Positions 9,210 to 20,372 are shown, counted from the stretch's first letter. The stretch is DNA of 64,000 bases from Candidatus Bathyarchaeota archaeon (GCA_963826715.1 CAWGYA010000006.1:139220-203219), one strand, 5' to 3'. The notes: a model not told the origin generated them from the letters alone. Made by a program: numbers and translations.

Positions 9210-10209
9210 TTAGGCGGGCATGTTCTCTTTTAGTTCCCGTAGCGCCCTTAACCGCTTGATGAGGTTAGGGTGAGTTGAAAGAATTTCGCTGAACTTATCG
9301 AAAGATGTAGGCTCTTTAGCTAATGTTTCCCGCAAAAGAGCTTCTTTGGTAGTTGCATTGCTTGAGTGATGAAGTTCTGCAGAATCAACTGCAGCACGTT
9401 CGGGGTCAGAAATGAAAAGGGCTTTGAAGGCACTGTTGTTCTTTTTCTGCTGTTGCTGCTCGCGATTGGGTTTCATTATTCGTTTGCTTTCTTCCACAAT
9501 AGTAACCAAACCAGTCGAAAGTTTCTCTGCCCCGTTCTCCACGATTGAAGCACTATGCCTGTCCGCGTAGTACTCTCGCAGACGACTTAGATACAAAGTG
9601 AAAAGTGTGAGTATCCATGAAAACGCCATGAACGCTATTCCAAAAAGCGCGTTGTTGCCGCCGCCTTCACTTCGGCGTCCGCCGCTGAACATACCCTGAA
9701 GCAACATAACATATCCTATATAGTAGAATAACGCTGGAAGGAAAGAAACCACCATCATAACCTGGACGTCACGATGTTTTAAGTGCCCCAGTTCATGCCC
9801 GATTACAGCTTCAACTTCGCCATAATCAAGGTGATTTAGAAGTCCCTGTGTAACCGCTACTCGGCTTCCCGTTAGGGGAGAACCATATGCGAAGGCGTTT
9901 GGTAATGGAATCTGAGCTAACATAAGTTTGGGTTTTGAGATTTGACTCTTTTTGCTTAAATCATCAACTATTTGGTGAAGCTTGGGGTTATCACTTTCCT
10001 TAAGTTCCTTGGCTTTGTATATTGCACCAACAAGATAGGGTGAGAGTAGCCATTGTACTAAGTTAAGTAACAAGAACGAGGCCGCCGATGGCATAGAGAC
10101 TCAAACCGAAGCCCACCCAAGTCAATACAACAACAAAAATCAAGGTTGTTAAGCCGAAAATAGCTGCTAAAGTTGCAATCATGGAAAAACGAAGTTTCCA
10201 AGCGTTCAT
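9210..10209 (-). CDS. htpX: Zinc metalloprotease HtpX; single frameshift near 10065-10075 (probable sequencing error)
   Basis: PNAFA, HELGH, SRLREYYAD and STHP motifs. The N-terminal TM part (MNAWKLRFSMIATLAAIFG...) is in another frame starting at ATG 10209. Confidence 0.88.
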
Positions 10210-10276
10210 GAAATTCACTCATCTCATCTTCTTGCACATGTTTATAACTTTTATGCGAAAACCAAAAAAAATATGC

Positions 10277-11059
10277 CTAAAATTTACAAGCTGATGATAT
10301 CATAAGGAGCCGTGTAGCGTCGGCACTATAGGGTTGCATCGCGTAACCACCGAAAACACTCTCAACCACAAACTCAGCTTTAATCAGCAACTTCTCAAGT
10401 TGTATCCGGTCATAAAGGCGGACTTGATGCTCAAAAGTTAAAATTCGCCCATCCTCCTTAGTATAAACCACCCATAAATCACGAAGTAAACTACTGTCTC
10501 GGTGCAATGAACGTTTTTGCAATAGCAAAAAACTCGGGTAGCATCGCCACTTAAAAGCCCAAAAAAGCAGCCGAATACTGTGGAGCTTTAAGAGTAGAGG
10601 CAACCCCGCCAATTTAAGCCGCTTAGAAAATCTCCGATGCAGGTATCTTCTGGTCAGGTGTTCAAGATTGAAGACATCCAAAAAAAATCTTCCGCCGGAA
10701 TGCATCACACGCCGAAGTTCCACGAGACTCTGTTGGTCCGCATCATGAGTGGGCAAATAACCAAAACTCGTATCCATACTTATTGCTTTCTCAAATATCT
10801 CTGCTTTGAAGGGCAAAAACCTCATATCCCCCAAAACTACCGCAACGCCATGATTACGTTGCTTGGCAATTTTCAGTAACCGCCGGGAAACATCTATTCC
10901 AACCACCTCAAATCCTGCTTCTGAGAGAGGTATGGAGTGACGCCCTGTTCCACAGGCAACATCTAAAACAACGCCAACTCCAATGAGCTGCTTTTTTAGG
11001 AACTGTATTTGGTTACTAGTCTGATTTTTGTCGGCGATTTCCGCCCAGAACTGAGACAT
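10277..11059 (-). CDS. Class I SAM-dependent methyltransferase
   Basis: VLDVACGTGRH, GID and GDMR motifs. Confidence 0.88.
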   Translation of the reverse strand: MSQFWAEIADKNQTSNQIQFLKKQLIGVGVVLDVACGTGRHSIPLSEAGFEVVGIDVSRRLLKIAKQRNHGVAVVLGDMRFLPFKAEIFEKAISMDTSFGYLPTHDADQQSLVELRRVMHSGGRFFLDVFNLEHLTRRYLHRRFSKRLKLAGLPLLLKLHSIRLLFWAFKWRCYPSFLLLQKRSLHRDSSLLRDLWVVYTKEDGRILTFEHQVRLYDRIQLEKLLIKAEFVVESVFGGYAMQPYSADATRLLMISSACKF

Positions 11060-11229
11060 TTTATCAAAGATATTAATCGACTAAATCTCCACCATATGAG
11101 GTTTAGGAGCCCTTTATCTAATTAATTATCCGCGCAATATCTTAAGAACCAACACATATACAATAAGTTATTGAGGAATTTGATTGAATCCTGTGGGTTG
11201 GTGAACTTTGCACTTTGATTGGAGATTAA

Positions 11230-11574
11230 ATGGAAATTACCATTGGATACAGATATACTTTAACTTTGACGGCACCTTCCGCCTATTTAGCTGGACCCAA
11301 TGAAGGCTCATGGGTATTATCCGATGACATTATTATTTTGAGGTTTAAGCGTTCCTCCGGATCAGAAAACAACACTATCTACTCGGGTGAAGCAACCAGA
11401 AACTTCATGTCAGGAGCCATGATGTCAACCAATGGAGAAAGAGGACACTGGTTTGCGATAAAGAAAAGCACCAAAGTTTACGCTCTAAATGAGAAAACGA
11501 CCCTCCCTTATCTGGTAGAAAAAGAGAGCAAACCAAAAATTGATGCGGCAGGCAACAAAATACCAATGCAATAA
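11230..11574 (+). CDS. Hypothetical protein
   Basis: GGAG SD, ATG start, 114 aa; no motif recognised. Confidence 0.55.
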   Translation: MEITIGYRYTLTLTAPSAYLAGPNEGSWVLSDDIIILRFKRSSGSENNTIYSGEATRNFMSGAMMSTNGERGHWFAIKKSTKVYALNEKTTLPYLVEKESKPKIDAAGNKIPMQ

Positions 11575-11645
11575 AGGAAAACAAAACTGGTTTCGAGCCG
11601 CTTAAATATGCAACAGTTCATTTTCTAAATATTGGAGATTCCTGC

Positions 11646-12335
11646 ATGACACAGAAACAGCGGTGGCAGCATCAATATATGCTCCTAAAACTCGCCGAGA
11701 TGGGGACTTACAACCGAACCGCCAAAATTTCAACAGATTATTTAGCCAAGAAACTTGGCATTTCTCAGCAGACAGCTTCCAGATATCTTATTGAGCTAGA
11801 ACATATAGATTGGATTAGCCGCAATGTTACTCCTGAGGGCAGCCTCATTGAAATCAAAGGGGAAGGTGTAGTTGAGCTTCAGAGAATCTATTCCAACCTA
11901 AAAGTTCTTATGGAGAAAACTTATCCGCCATCAGTTACTCTGGAAGGAACTGTCTTTACGGGACTGGGCGAAGGTGCATATTATATCTCCAAGCCTGACT
12001 ACAAAAAACAGATTATAGAAAAACTCGGCTTCGAACCTTTTCCAGGCACCCTAAACGTAAAGTTAACCTCGGACTATGATATAAAAACCCGAATGGAGTT
12101 AGAGGCATACCCAGCGTTGGAGGTCATGGGCTTTCAGGGAAAAGACCGCAGTTTTGGATTGGTCAAGTGCTACCCTGCCATCATCGGGGGCAAGGCCCAA
12201 GGTGCCTTGATAACAGCTCTTCGTAGTCATTACGACGCTTCAGTTCTTGAAATCATTGCGTCTGTCTGCTTGCGCAAACAGCTGGGACTTAAAGATGGGA
12301 ACAAAGTTAAAGTCGAAATATATACATCTCTTTAA
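11646..12335 (+). CDS. ribK: CTP-dependent riboflavin kinase with N-terminal HTH (RbkR-type)
   Basis: LGISQQTASR HTH; GLGEGAYY, PFPGTLN and LRKQLGLKDG motifs. Confidence 0.92.
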   Translation: MTQKQRWQHQYMLLKLAEMGTYNRTAKISTDYLAKKLGISQQTASRYLIELEHIDWISRNVTPEGSLIEIKGEGVVELQRIYSNLKVLMEKTYPPSVTLEGTVFTGLGEGAYYISKPDYKKQIIEKLGFEPFPGTLNVKLTSDYDIKTRMELEAYPALEVMGFQGKDRSFGLVKCYPAIIGGKAQGALITALRSHYDASVLEIIASVCLRKQLGLKDGNKVKVEIYTSL

Positions 12336-12338
12336 CTC

Positions 12339-12944
12339 CTAAAATGGTGATGTTCGATACTTGAATTCAGCCGTGTATTGCTGGTGCGGTTTTCGTCGAG
12401 TAGCAATGATGTATCCGAGTACTAAACCGAAAACCAAGCCACCAAGATGCGCAAGTATGTTTACTCCTTCGCCTGTGTTAATAAAGAAAAGGAAAAAAGC
12501 ATACACTAATGCTCCCAGAATAGACTGCCTCACTGAACGACGATCGTATATTATGCATGCACCAAATAGGGAGAAGATGGCTCCTGAAGCTCCCACCGAG
12601 ATGAAGTAGGGACCAAACACCAATGATAATAGGTTCCCAGCTAATCCTCCAAGCAAATATATTGCAATGAATTCGGGAAGCGAAAACATTTCTTCTCCGC
12701 GCAACCCGAAAATCAGCAGAAACAGCATGTTACCGACTAAGTGGAAGAGTGATGCATGAATAAACATAGACGTGATTAGCTGCCAGTAGGCGCCTTGAAA
12801 AACAAAGGCATTGACCTGCCCCCATACATAAACAACGTTATTACCCGTTGTTAAAGCGTTTCCGCCTACGATAGCACCTACAATGTAGATAACCACGTTT
12901 AATATGATAAGTATGTAGGTAGGCTTGTATTTCTCGCTGTTCAT
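12339..12944 (-). CDS. Rhomboid intramembrane serine protease
   Basis: HLVGNM, GASG and AHLGG motifs. Confidence 0.92.
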   Translation of the reverse strand: MNSEKYKPTYILIILNVVIYIVGAIVGGNALTTGNNVVYVWGQVNAFVFQGAYWQLITSMFIHASLFHLVGNMLFLLIFGLRGEEMFSLPEFIAIYLLGGLAGNLLSLVFGPYFISVGASGAIFSLFGACIIYDRRSVRQSILGALVYAFFLFFINTGEGVNILAHLGGLVFGLVLGYIIATRRKPHQQYTAEFKYRTSPF

Positions 12945-12955
12945 GGCGACATCAA

Positions 12956-13420
12956 TTACTTTGAGAGCTTATCAATTATTTTCTGTTTAATCTTTGAGGA
13001 ACTAACTAAAGAATTCTCCTCAAACTTTCCCAACCTAATGACAGAAATATCTAGTTTATGTGCCGCCAAATAAGCCTTAACTTCATTTTCCATATCTGTT
13101 TGGTCATAGCCCAAAGCAATAACATCTGGCTTGATTTTCTCGATGACCTCTCCAATTTCTAAGCCCTCATAACCCAAAATTGCCTTGTCAACTACACGCA
13201 GTGACTCAACAACTGCACGGCGCTCATCCTCATTCATGATTGGCTTTCTACCCTTGGTTTTCTGTGCAGTACTATCTTTGGCGATAATCACGATTAATTT
13301 TGACTTGGTACCGCCCGTTTTTTTGGCGGCCTCAAGAAACCTCACATGCCCTAGATGCAACAGATCAAAGACACCAGAAGCTAAAACTAACTTTCGTTTT
13401 GTACTTGCTTTGTCGGCCAT
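12956..13420 (-). CDS. ribL: Archaeal FAD synthase
   Basis: GVFDLLHLGH, PDVIALGYDQ and SSSKIK motifs; next to ribK. Confidence 0.88.
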   Translation of the reverse strand: MADKASTKRKLVLASGVFDLLHLGHVRFLEAAKKTGGTKSKLIVIIAKDSTAQKTKGRKPIMNEDERRAVVESLRVVDKAILGYEGLEIGEVIEKIKPDVIALGYDQTDMENEVKAYLAAHKLDISVIRLGKFEENSLVSSSKIKQKIIDKLSK

Positions 13421-13671
13421 ACAAACTTCACTGCACCAATTAATCGTAGCGCGTCAAGTAGCCCTTCACAATAAGCTACCGACGTTAAACTGGTTTCAAG
13501 CTTGCCCTGCGCCTTATAATACTTTGCATCATTAAGGTAATCTCTGGCCCAAGCCAAAACCTCAGTCACATTAGTCCCCCCCACATCAATAGGAAGCTGC
13601 ATCAGTTCAAGTTCTGAAAAAACCTTTTCGGCTGAAAAAATGTATTTAGCCGCAAGTGCTTCAAGACTCAT
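13387..13671 (-). CDS. DUF357 domain protein
   Basis: YLNDAKYY...SVAYCEGLLDALR; usual neighbour of dph5. Confidence 0.85.
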   Translation of the reverse strand: MSLEALAAKYIFSAEKVFSELELMQLPIDVGGTNVTEVLAWARDYLNDAKYYKAQGKLETSLTSVAYCEGLLDALRLIGAVKFVWPTKQVQNES

Positions 13672-14465
13672 TCAGATAACCTCTTAAATTCTGACGGGGC
13701 AGCTGCAAATGTAATTAACGCGTCGATTTCCATAAAGTGCAAACTACCAGGAACGATTAAACTGAAGGGCGGATCGCCAAAATCGAATCCCACCAAGTTG
13801 CCAATAAAATCAGCCTTCAAGCATGGATTGGCGCTACCTGCGCGAGCTATTCCTAAAGCGGGCGTATTGGGTTTTATTACCCCAAGTTGCTTTTTTGCTT
13901 CAACCTCTAAAAGTTCCCTAATACTTTCGTTGATTGTTAGGTACCTGTTTTCCGTTACCCTCAAGTCTAAAAGGCAAAGCGTATGCAACCCCAGGTTTTT
14001 GTTTTGCCTTATCACGTTATATGGTGTTTCTGAGAAGTTATCAGAGAAAGGCACTGTTACCGTTTTCCCGAACTTGTAGTTATGGAGTCCAGATAGGCTC
14101 ACTATGGCAGATGTAATTGATATGCCATGAACCACGCGCGTTGGGATACCCATTTTTTGGGCGTCAATACGCAATGTAATGTGAGTTGTTGCAATAAAGG
14201 GATCACCGGGAACCAAAAAAACTGCCTTGCTAGCTTGTGCAACTTCAAGAATAATTTTGCCATTTTCTTCTTCAAGGTCCTGGCGGGTGATCAACTGGAT
14301 TTTTTTACCGCACATAGCTTCAAAATTCGCCATAGAAAAGTCGGGCATGCGACTTGTGTATGTTTCCATAAACACCACATCGGCGCTCTTGGTTTCCTCT
14401 AAACCGTTCACTGTTATGCCATGCTCATCGTTTAAGCCCAAACCAACGAATACAAGTTCCTTCAA
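13668..14465 (-). CDS. dph5: Diphthine synthase
   Basis: FVGLGL, ETYTS, GDPFIATTH, YKFGKTVT and GLHTLCLLD motifs. Confidence 0.95.
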   Translation of the reverse strand: MKELVFVGLGLNDEHGITVNGLEETKSADVVFMETYTSRMPDFSMANFEAMCGKKIQLITRQDLEEENGKIILEVAQASKAVFLVPGDPFIATTHITLRIDAQKMGIPTRVVHGISITSAIVSLSGLHNYKFGKTVTVPFSDNFSETPYNVIRQNKNLGLHTLCLLDLRVTENRYLTINESIRELLEVEAKKQLGVIKPNTPALGIARAGSANPCLKADFIGNLVGFDFGDPPFSLIVPGSLHFMEIDALITFAAAPSEFKRLSE

Positions 14466-14505
14466 GACTATCCATTACTCTTTTTGGGGGAGACCCTGAT
14501 TTAAG

Positions 14506-14694
14506 TTATTTTTCTTTAATTTCGCCCTTCTTAATTAACTCATCATAGAGTGCACGGCAGGAATCTATGGAAAGGCTGTAGCGTTGACAAAATGTTGTGA
14601 GGATTTCCCCAACTGGCTCATCTGGTTTTCTTTCGTCAATCATATCTTTTAGCGCTTGAAGTGAATGTTCTTTGTCGACTAAATTTTTACTCAT
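14506..14694 (-). CDS. Small hypothetical protein
   Basis: 62-aa ATG ORF co-oriented upstream of dph5 with protein-like composition. Confidence 0.55.
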   Translation of the reverse strand: MSKNLVDKEHSLQALKDMIDERKPDEPVGEILTTFCQRYSLSIDSCRALYDELIKKGEIKEK

Positions 14695-14843
14695 AATCTC
14701 AGCCCGGAGTTATACAATACACATTGTTGTACCTGTGGAAAAGGGTTTTGCTAAAGATACACTTTGGATGGAACATCCAACCAAACCTTTATATGATTAC
14801 ATGAAAAAGGAAGCATAGTTCAGCGGCGTGCAAAGGGAATAAA

Positions 14844-15977
14844 ATGAAGCCTATTGAGAATTTGGTTAGAGATAACGTTAAAAACTTAAAACCTTGCCCT
14901 CACGGCGCAGAAGTTTACGGCGCTGCCGAAGAAAGCGGGTTAAGCGCCTTTGACATTTTAGATTTCAGTTCCAGCGTGAACCCTTTTGGTCCATCTAAAA
15001 GAGCCCTTGTTGCGGCCAAATCGGCATTTAGCGAAATCTCAGCTTATCCTGACTCGAACTCAAATGCGCTACGTCAAAACATTTCAAGCCGCTATAAAGG
15101 TTTGAGCAAAGATAACATAATTGTTGGTAATGGCTCAACTGAGCTCATGTATCTCTTCGCTGAAGTCTTCCTCAAAAAAGGGGACAAAGCCTTGATGGCG
15201 GCACCAACATTTGGAGAATACGAGGCGGCAGTGCGCAAAACAGGTGAACAAGTAAAATTCGTTAAACTTGATAAGACCTTTCAAATTGATGCCGAAACTT
15301 TCAAGAGGGAAATGGCAGGGGTCAAAATGGCATTCTTGTGCAACCCCAACAACCCCACCAGCAAACTAATCCCCCAAAACACTCTCACTGACATCTTGGA
15401 AACCGCGCTATCACAGGATATTCTAATATTTCTTGACGAGGACTTCCTTGAATTTATTGATGATGAAAAAGAACGATCCTTAATTAGCAAAATCATCAGG
15501 TTTCCCAATCTATTTGTGTTGCGTTCATTCACCAAAATCTTCGGCTTAACTGGGCTTCGGGTGGGCTACGGCATAACCAGTAGAGAAATTGCCGATATGC
15601 TACTCTGCGCAAAGATTCCGTGGAATGTGAATTGTTTAGCACAAGCAGCTGCCAATGCTGCACTTGAGGATGAAGAGCATTTGTCAGTAACTCGGGAGCT
15701 TATTAAAAAAGAAAAAGTGTGGCTTGGACACGAACTAAGCAAATTTAACGGCTTTAGCTTTGAAATGCCAGACGCGAACTTTTTCTTCATAGACATCCGC
15801 AACGCTGCTTTAACGGCAAATGCGTTAAAACATAGAATGCTAAAAAAGGGTATTCTAATCCGGGACTGCAGCTCCTTTAATGGATTAAATGAATTCTATA
15901 TCCGAGTAGGTGTTAAAACCCATGAAGAGAACGTGCGGCTAATTGAGGCGTTTGAGAAGGCGTTAAAGTCGGTTTGA
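14844..15977 (+). CDS. cobD: Threonine-phosphate decarboxylase (CobD/HisC-family PLP enzyme)
   Basis: LDFSSSVNP, CNPNNPT, RSFTKIFGLTGLRVGY and LIRDC motifs; adjacent to cbiB. Confidence 0.8.
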   Translation: MKPIENLVRDNVKNLKPCPHGAEVYGAAEESGLSAFDILDFSSSVNPFGPSKRALVAAKSAFSEISAYPDSNSNALRQNISSRYKGLSKDNIIVGNGSTELMYLFAEVFLKKGDKALMAAPTFGEYEAAVRKTGEQVKFVKLDKTFQIDAETFKREMAGVKMAFLCNPNNPTSKLIPQNTLTDILETALSQDILIFLDEDFLEFIDDEKERSLISKIIRFPNLFVLRSFTKIFGLTGLRVGYGITSREIADMLLCAKIPWNVNCLAQAAANAALEDEEHLSVTRELIKKEKVWLGHELSKFNGFSFEMPDANFFFIDIRNAALTANALKHRMLKKGILIRDCSSFNGLNEFYIRVGVKTHEENVRLIEAFEKALKSV

Positions 15978-15984
15978 TTGAATT

Positions 15985-16965
15985 ATGTTGGCACTTAACG
16001 TCTCCTTGCTTTTGGATTCAGCTCTTATTTTTTTCTTAGCATTCATTATTGATTTAGTTTTAGGTGAGTATCCCGACCACATCCACCCCACAATAGGCAT
16101 TGGGAAACTGATTCTTTTCTTCAAAAAGAAAGTTAAACACCCAAATCCGAATATTGAGAAAATCAATGGATCCTTGATGGCTATAGCTATCATTCTGATT
16201 ACAGCGTTACCAGTTTTTGTATTGCTCTATTGGATAAGAACCCTACCTCAACCATTAGGCGAAGTGCTCTACATAATAATCGGAGCAATACTATTCAAAG
16301 CCACATTCGCTATAAGCGGCATGGGACAGTATACCAAACCTATTGCAGCCGCATTAAAACACGAAGATTTGGATTGCGCCCGCAAATGGCTTCCTTACAT
16401 CGTCCGCCGTGATCCTAAAACCTTAAACGAGCGCCAAATCATATCCGCTGCTGTTGAATCCATCGCTGAGAGCACCACAGATGGCATTACCTCGCCTTTC
16501 TTCTTCTTCGCTCTCTTCGGGGTCCCAGGAGCGTTTGCTTACCGAGTGATTAACACACTGGATTCTATGGTAGGCTACCAGAATATTGAGTACCAAAACA
16601 TCGGCTGGTTCAGTGCAAAACTCGACACAATCACTAATTACATTCCCGCTAGAATAACGGCATATTTGATGGTTATTTCCGCTTTTCTACTTCGTGAGGA
16701 TTGGCGTGATTCATGGCGAGTTCTGCAACGCGACAAACACAAAACTTCAAGCCCGAACGCGGGATTCACAATTTCAGCAATGGCTGGTGCATTAAACATT
16801 CAACTCGAGAAGAAGGGCTGCTATCGACTCGGTGATGACAAAGGCAAAATCTCTCATGAGAACATTGGTAAAGCACTAAAGATGATGATTTTGACGGCGG
16901 CACTGTTTGGGTTGGTATTAGTTGTACCAGTTTTGGCGCTGCGTATTTATTTTTTCGGAGTATAA
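15985..16965 (+). CDS. cbiB: Adenosylcobinamide-phosphate synthase
   Basis: GE..HP, VESIAES.TDG, YRVINTLDSMVGY and SPNAG motifs. Confidence 0.93.
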   Translation: MLALNVSLLLDSALIFFLAFIIDLVLGEYPDHIHPTIGIGKLILFFKKKVKHPNPNIEKINGSLMAIAIILITALPVFVLLYWIRTLPQPLGEVLYIIIGAILFKATFAISGMGQYTKPIAAALKHEDLDCARKWLPYIVRRDPKTLNERQIISAAVESIAESTTDGITSPFFFFALFGVPGAFAYRVINTLDSMVGYQNIEYQNIGWFSAKLDTITNYIPARITAYLMVISAFLLREDWRDSWRVLQRDKHKTSSPNAGFTISAMAGALNIQLEKKGCYRLGDDKGKISHENIGKALKMMILTAALFGLVLVVPVLALRIYFFGV

Positions 16966-17110
16966 ACAGCTGGTTTTAAGCAAGTTTTAGAGTTGATTTT
17001 GGGTCCATATTTAGCTACCCCGCTTTTAGGGTTCTAAAGGTTCTAATTGGCTCCAAAGCTGATGAAAACAGGAACCATTATAGCAAAACAAAAAAGTATT
17101 AATGAGAAGT

Positions 17111-17356
17111 TTAAGCATCAAAACTCTGCTGGAACCCAGTAAGTCTTATGTTGCATCCACATCTGCCGCAAGAGATTACCAATGCGGCAAGTTCATCATT
17201 GACTACTTTGGTATCCAAGATTTGATAATTTTCTTCTGTTTCGTCATCAGGCGATATAGATATGCCGCATTTTGGACAGCTAAACGAGCCGTCGCCTTCG
17301 ACACTGGCTAAGTTTATGGTCTGTTCACATTTCTTGTCCAGCTTTTTCATCATCAT
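17111..17356 (-). CDS. Small Zn-ribbon protein
   Basis: CPKCG...ISPDD...CGRCG. Confidence 0.7.
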   Translation of the reverse strand: MMMKKLDKKCEQTINLASVEGDGSFSCPKCGISISPDDETEENYQILDTKVVNDELAALVISCGRCGCNIRLTGFQQSFDA

Positions 17357-17481
17357 TCTTCTTCCTTCACTTCTATAATATTTTGGTTAAATAACAATTA
17401 TGAATCATTAGTCTGTAACCAAGCTCCATTTAAATTTTCACCCAAATTAAGAAAAAAGAAAAGGAGTTTTCTATCTTTTTC

Positions 17482-19377
17482 TTAAGCAGAAGCTTCTTTT
17501 TCAAAGCATTCAGGCGAGATATAGTCGCCGTACTTCGCTTGCGCATCTAAAAGTCGTTGACGTTGCATATAGAGTAAGCCGAAAAGCTCCAACGGTGTTT
17601 CAGTAACGTTTGCTTGATAGAACTCCTGAACCCTTTCGATCTTTGCCAAGTTCTCTGGCACACGGGTTGTGAATTGCCTGATGTAGTCTTCCTTAGTGTA
17701 GTTTTTGTCAAGCACCTGTTTGAAGAGTTTTTTAAGGTCATCATATTTCGGAATGAAACCTGTGGGGGCTTTGAGGGCTCCGACTTCATTGTGCACACGC
17801 AACTCCATCCATTTGATCCAGACATGCTTATCCTGCGGGCTGTTAAGGTATTTTCCGTTGCTTTCCTCTCGCAGGAAATAGTTTACCCCGAAGACTATGG
17901 GTTGCTTTTGGAGTTTACATCCAAAATTAAGATTGTTCTGAACGTTTCGACCAAGCGGTATGGAGATAAAGTCTTGGATACTCATCATGTTGATTTCAGG
18001 AACACCTTCTTTGCCTATAGTGGCAAAGGTCGTTTCTGTTTCTAATGATGCACCATATGCAATAATACCATGTTCCCAGCTGAAACTCTGCTGCACAGGC
18101 ACATAGGCTTTTGTGTCCCGTCCACCATACATTATCCCACCAACTTCAACACCGCTGGGATTATCTAGTTCAGGGTCACAGTTCTCCAATGCTTTAAGCG
18201 TAACTGCATAGCGAGCGTTTTTGTGGGCTGCAGGGATATCCTTTCCTGCTTCGTCCTTTTTACCGTCATACCAAGTTCCTGAAAAGTTTAAGCCATCTTT
18301 AGGTAGCTCTTGCCCCATGCCAAGCCAGTAGGGTTTACCATCCTTAACGAGGATGTTGGAAAAAATAATTTCGCCAGGTGAATTGAGCACTTTCCAGATT
18401 AAGGCGTCATCTTTTGGATTCACGTCTTGAATGATTCCAAAGATACCGGATTCGACGTTGACAGCTCTCGCCGCGGAATCAATTTCGCGAATATATGCAA
18501 TATCGTCACCGAGAATGGTTTCGCCAGGAAGCATTGCAGTCGATGTTTTGCCGCAAGCACTCGGGAAAGCGCCTGCAAAATAGGTTTTACGACCACCAGG
18601 TCCAAAGACACCCATAAGCAACATATGTTCAGCAAGCCAACCTTCGCTGCTAGCTTTGCGGATAGCAAGACGAAAAGCAAGTTTTTTGAAGCCCACACTG
18701 TTGCCTGCGTATTGAGTGTTAACGCTGTAAATTGTTTCGTCCATATGGTCGATATAAATGCGTTTTTTGTTGCAGTCAACGCTGACCATGTCACCGCTCA
18801 GTTTACCTGCAGAATGCAAAACCTTGAGGAACTCGGTTTTGTTACCAACTTTAACAAACTGTTCATAGCCCGGTCTGTATAGCAATGATTCTGAATGAGC
18901 AACATACCAAGAGTCTGTACACTGTAACCCAAGTATAGTGAACACTGAATCGGCAGGTCCAAGGGCAATAAAACGCACAATCATGGTTTTGCCAACCATT
19001 GAATTACGCAATAAACCCAAAACTTCTAGAAGACCTTCTTGGCGGTCTACTTGGTTTAGGGCTTTGCTCAAAGTAACGCCCTTCGCAACGAGGTATTTGG
19101 TTGCTTGGCGATCTCTGCCTTGGTCTTGTTCACCGTCAAAGTGAACGGTGTGACCTTCAAGTTTCAGGATTGCTTTTTCTTCACCAGTGGATATGGATTG
19201 TTTCCTGATATGCTCAAGGTCTTCGGCTGAGTCTGTACAAATAAAAATTTGTTCAGGATGACAGAGATCGCTTTCTTTTGCTATAAACTCGTGCACATTG
19301 GGATTATCGATTGCGCTTAGTTTTTTGAAGTCCATTGGACTTAGTTTTTGTTGAAGTGCTTCTAAATATGGATTCAT
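17482..19377 (-). CDS. pckG: Phosphoenolpyruvate carboxykinase (GTP)
   Basis: YAGNS, WLAEHM, FPSACGKT, GDDIA and NARY motifs. Confidence 0.95.
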   Translation of the reverse strand: MNPYLEALQQKLSPMDFKKLSAIDNPNVHEFIAKESDLCHPEQIFICTDSAEDLEHIRKQSISTGEEKAILKLEGHTVHFDGEQDQGRDRQATKYLVAKGVTLSKALNQVDRQEGLLEVLGLLRNSMVGKTMIVRFIALGPADSVFTILGLQCTDSWYVAHSESLLYRPGYEQFVKVGNKTEFLKVLHSAGKLSGDMVSVDCNKKRIYIDHMDETIYSVNTQYAGNSVGFKKLAFRLAIRKASSEGWLAEHMLLMGVFGPGGRKTYFAGAFPSACGKTSTAMLPGETILGDDIAYIREIDSAARAVNVESGIFGIIQDVNPKDDALIWKVLNSPGEIIFSNILVKDGKPYWLGMGQELPKDGLNFSGTWYDGKKDEAGKDIPAAHKNARYAVTLKALENCDPELDNPSGVEVGGIMYGGRDTKAYVPVQQSFSWEHGIIAYGASLETETTFATIGKEGVPEINMMSIQDFISIPLGRNVQNNLNFGCKLQKQPIVFGVNYFLREESNGKYLNSPQDKHVWIKWMELRVHNEVGALKAPTGFIPKYDDLKKLFKQVLDKNYTKEDYIRQFTTRVPENLAKIERVQEFYQANVTETPLELFGLLYMQRQRLLDAQAKYGDYISPECFEKEASA

Positions 19378-19403
19378 GGATTTTTCAGTCCGTTCTTTTT
19401 ATT

Positions 19404-20372
19404 TTATAATTCGTTTACGTTTCCTGGCACTCGGGGGAAGGGTTGACATTCGGCAATATGCTGCACACCTGCTAGCCACCCAACTAAACGTTCCATCCCT
19501 ATACCTCCGCCGGCAGTCGGCTTTAATCTGCCTTCCTCAGCCATTTTAAGCACGAGGACATAGTTTTCTTTCTTAACTTGGTCTCGTTCAATCTTGGCAA
19601 GTATTTTTTTATACTCATATTCGCGTTTCGCACCCGATAGGACCTCACCAAACTGGGGCATAAACAAGTCATAGTTGTCCCATTTACCCGTTGTGAAATC
19701 TTCAAAGTCATAGAATTCGCGTGGAATGTTTGTTACCCAAACTGGTTCGGTTATGTCTTTTGCGATTCCAGTTTCCCAGCCATCAGCACCATATTTAGCC
19801 TCTAAGTCAACGCGATCGTATATTTTGAAGGGAAACTTGGGAACAGTAAGGGCGTCACAACGACAAAGCATGGACAATTCGTGAGTCATATCTTTCTTTA
19901 AGTCTTCTACGAGGGTACAAATAGCTTCCTCGACTAACCCAAATACATCTTTGGAGCTAGCATCTCTGGCTTCAAAGTCAAGTTGTGTAAACTCGTAGAT
20001 ATGCTTACCTGTTTTGGCGCGTTCAGCTTTTTCGATTCGTATGTTGGGTGAAAGTATGAACAGTTTGGGATATGCAGTGGATGCGGCAACGAGTTTGTGG
20101 ATGATCATACTGGCGGTAGTGCGCACCGGTTTGCCGTAAATATCAACTTCAATGCGTTTCTCTATGGATGCACCTGGGTCTGGCCACAGTGGGTCTGTGC
20201 TTTGGCTCAAAGCCACTGGCAGGAGCCATTGGAAGCCCTTGTTGGTGAAGGTGTTTGTAAGGCTCTTAAGCGTGTAAGTCATAATTTTGCCTAAACAGGC
20301 TTTACGTTCAAGCTCAGTTGTCGTTAGCTGCTCTAGCGACTTAGGAACTTCAATTTGTTCTGATTTAGTCAT
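19404..20372 (-). CDS. asnA: Archaeal asparagine synthetase A (AsnRS-like, no anticodon domain)
   Basis: TDPLWPD, SPNIRIE, EFTQLDFE, GEVLSG and GGGIGMERL motifs; start reassigned to ATG 20372. Confidence 0.9.
   Translation of the reverse strand: MTKSEQIEVPKSLEQLTTTELERKACLGKIMTYTLKSLTNTFTNKGFQWLLPVALSQSTDPLWPDPGASIEKRIEVDIYGKPVRTTASMIIHKLVAASTAYPKLFILSPNIRIEKAERAKTGKHIYEFTQLDFEARDASSKDVFGLVEEAICTLVEDLKKDMTHELSMLCRCDALTVPKFPFKIYDRVDLEAKYGADGWETGIAKDITEPVWVTNIPREFYDFEDFTTGKWDNYDLFMPQFGEVLSGAKREYEYKKILAKIERDQVKKENYVLVLKMAEEGRLKPTAGGGIGMERLVGWLAGVQHIAECQPFPRVPGNVNEL

Noticed and set aside
10060-10100. Possible programmed frameshift in htpX
   Set aside because: No slippery heptamer; one extra base explains it, so a sequencing error is more likely.
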